Assembly: GCA_036961205.1 (NCBI GenBank)
Contig: JBALVI010000010.1
Location: 18,377-82,376 of the forward strand
Length of the DNA stretch: 64,000 nucleotides
DNA from: Halioglobus sp.
Lineage (GTDB): Bacteria; Pseudomonadota; Gammaproteobacteria; Pseudomonadales; Halieaceae
Direction of reading: 5' to 3'
Shown here: piece after piece, positions 63,441-64,000 of the stretch
Position numbering within the stretch: the stretch's first letter is position 1
Layout: each line of letters starts with the position of its first letter
Program-made: the position numbers and the translations under genes
Notes under the pieces: generated by a model
What the model was told of the DNA's origin: nothing
Database searches by the model: none
The model's input: only the letters and a program-made list of their open reading frames with translations

Positions 63441-64000
63441 TCACTTAAGCTTTTGCCCTTTTCCATCCTCTTGCAACGGCTGAAGTTTCGGTACAACTCG
63501 CAGGTGTTCAGGAATGTTCTCTATGCCGATGACTTGATCGACATATTCGTGAAAATGGTAGATGCGCCTTTCCTGGTATGACAGAGGGACGCCTTTCAAA
63601 GCACCCGATTCGATTGAGCGCTGAATCCAAGGCAAGTTTTCGTTGTCCTCGTTAAGTACAACATTGAATCCGGCGACTTTTTCTTGCCAATAGGCGCTGT
63701 CCTTGTCGACGTCATCACCTCGTCCAAAGAAGGTCACTTCGAAGCGAGTCGTGCTTTTTGAGGTGGGCCAAAATTGAAGGTAGGGAAATTCGGAAGCACT
63801 AATCGGTGTCACTATGTTGGGAAACATATTGTATGACAGTGACCCGCTTCGAACCATTTCGTGTTGGTCCCCTTCATCCAGCATGGATGCTGCAGGGATT
63901 GATGTAAACGTCTCACGGCCTGTTTTTGCAGGCACCATCATGCGCGAGCTGCCCTGCGGAAATAGTGCCATGGAGGCACCTCGGTGATCGAGGTTTGCAT
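63441..64000 (-). CDS. Rieske-type oxygenase alpha subunit, C-terminal catalytic part (gene runs off the right edge)
   Basis: The frame stays open upstream of the first Met to position 64000. The blocks YNMFPNI and ERRIYHFHEYVDQ parallel NVFPNT / ECRISHFHEQLD in the 42280 paralog. Confidence 0.55.
   Translation of the reverse strand, partial: ANLDHRGASMALFPQGSSRMMVPAKTGRETFTSIPAASMLDEGDQHEMVRSGSLSYNMFPNIVTPISASEFPYLQFWPTSKSTTRFEVTFFGRGDDVDKDSAYWQEKVAGFNVVLNEDNENLPWIQRSIESGALKGVPLSYQERRIYHFHEYVDQVIGIENIPEHLRVVPKLQPLQEDGKGQKLK

Noticed and set aside
63259-63483. 74-aa plus-strand ORF after the GreA-like gene
   Set aside because: It has a weak SD and overlaps the 3' end of the convergent oxygenase gene by about 40 nt. 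No family recognised.
1-64000. CRISPR arrays, tRNA/rRNA genes, transposases/integrases, prophage, toxin-antitoxin or known defence systems
   Set aside because: I looked for them on both strands and found none that I could recognise. The only repeat structures found are the short regulatory palindromes and the 19-bp inverted pair reported above.

Overview
This is a 64 kb, densely coding chromosomal segment of about 60 genes, roughly mid-50s % GC by eye. Gene content looks like a marine aerobic gammaproteobacterium (my guess is Cellvibrionales/Halieaceae-like, which cannot be verified here). I recognised no rRNA, tRNA, CRISPR array, transposase, integrase, phage or defence genes. Modules in order: (1) 0.1-9.0 kb is an exopolysaccharide locus: GT4 glycosyltransferase, Wzx-like flippase, PAPS-type sulfotransferase, a 986-aa multi-SLBB export protein, and a WecG/TagA glycosyltransferase fused to two STAS-like domains. 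(2) 9.3-13.4 kb encodes a LuxO/SypG-type sigma-54 activator, an H-NOX nitric-oxide sensor and a hybrid kinase with fused Hpt. Three canonical sigma-54 promoters (near 400, 4350 and 13860) each lie downstream of TTGCA-N3-TGCAA-like palindromes. (3) 14.6-24.0 kb is a sulfur-oxidation module: a split YeeE/YedE pair, a periplasmic MBL-fold protein, a two-Cys ArsR regulator, soxCDXYZA, a small ORF, soxB, and a DUF302 protein. (4) 24.5-32.0 kb holds FKBP, DUF3604, a large HD-GYP sensor, a TDT transporter and an SRPBCC protein. (5) 32.1-46.7 kb is a TonB-dependent receptor plus an oxygenase island: three beta-less Rieske oxygenases, three NTF2/SnoaL_4 proteins, a Rieske ferredoxin, amidohydrolase, SDR, glyoxalase, tandem cupin, Dabb and ABM. 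(6) 47.2-58.7 kb holds an LplT-PlsC-Aas triple fusion, a methyltransferase, a P450, TetR-MFP-RND efflux and two hotdog thioesterases. (7) 58.8-64.0 kb is a lower-GC patch with secreted or membrane proteins of unknown function, an inverted-repeat pair, an FAD amine oxidase, a GreA-like protein, and a fourth Rieske oxygenase running off the right edge. The most interesting signal is the syp-like, NO-linked, sigma-54-controlled (probably sulfated) EPS system at 0.2-14.2 kb, together with the GT-STAS fusion. All family calls come from motif recognition by eye. No searches were run.
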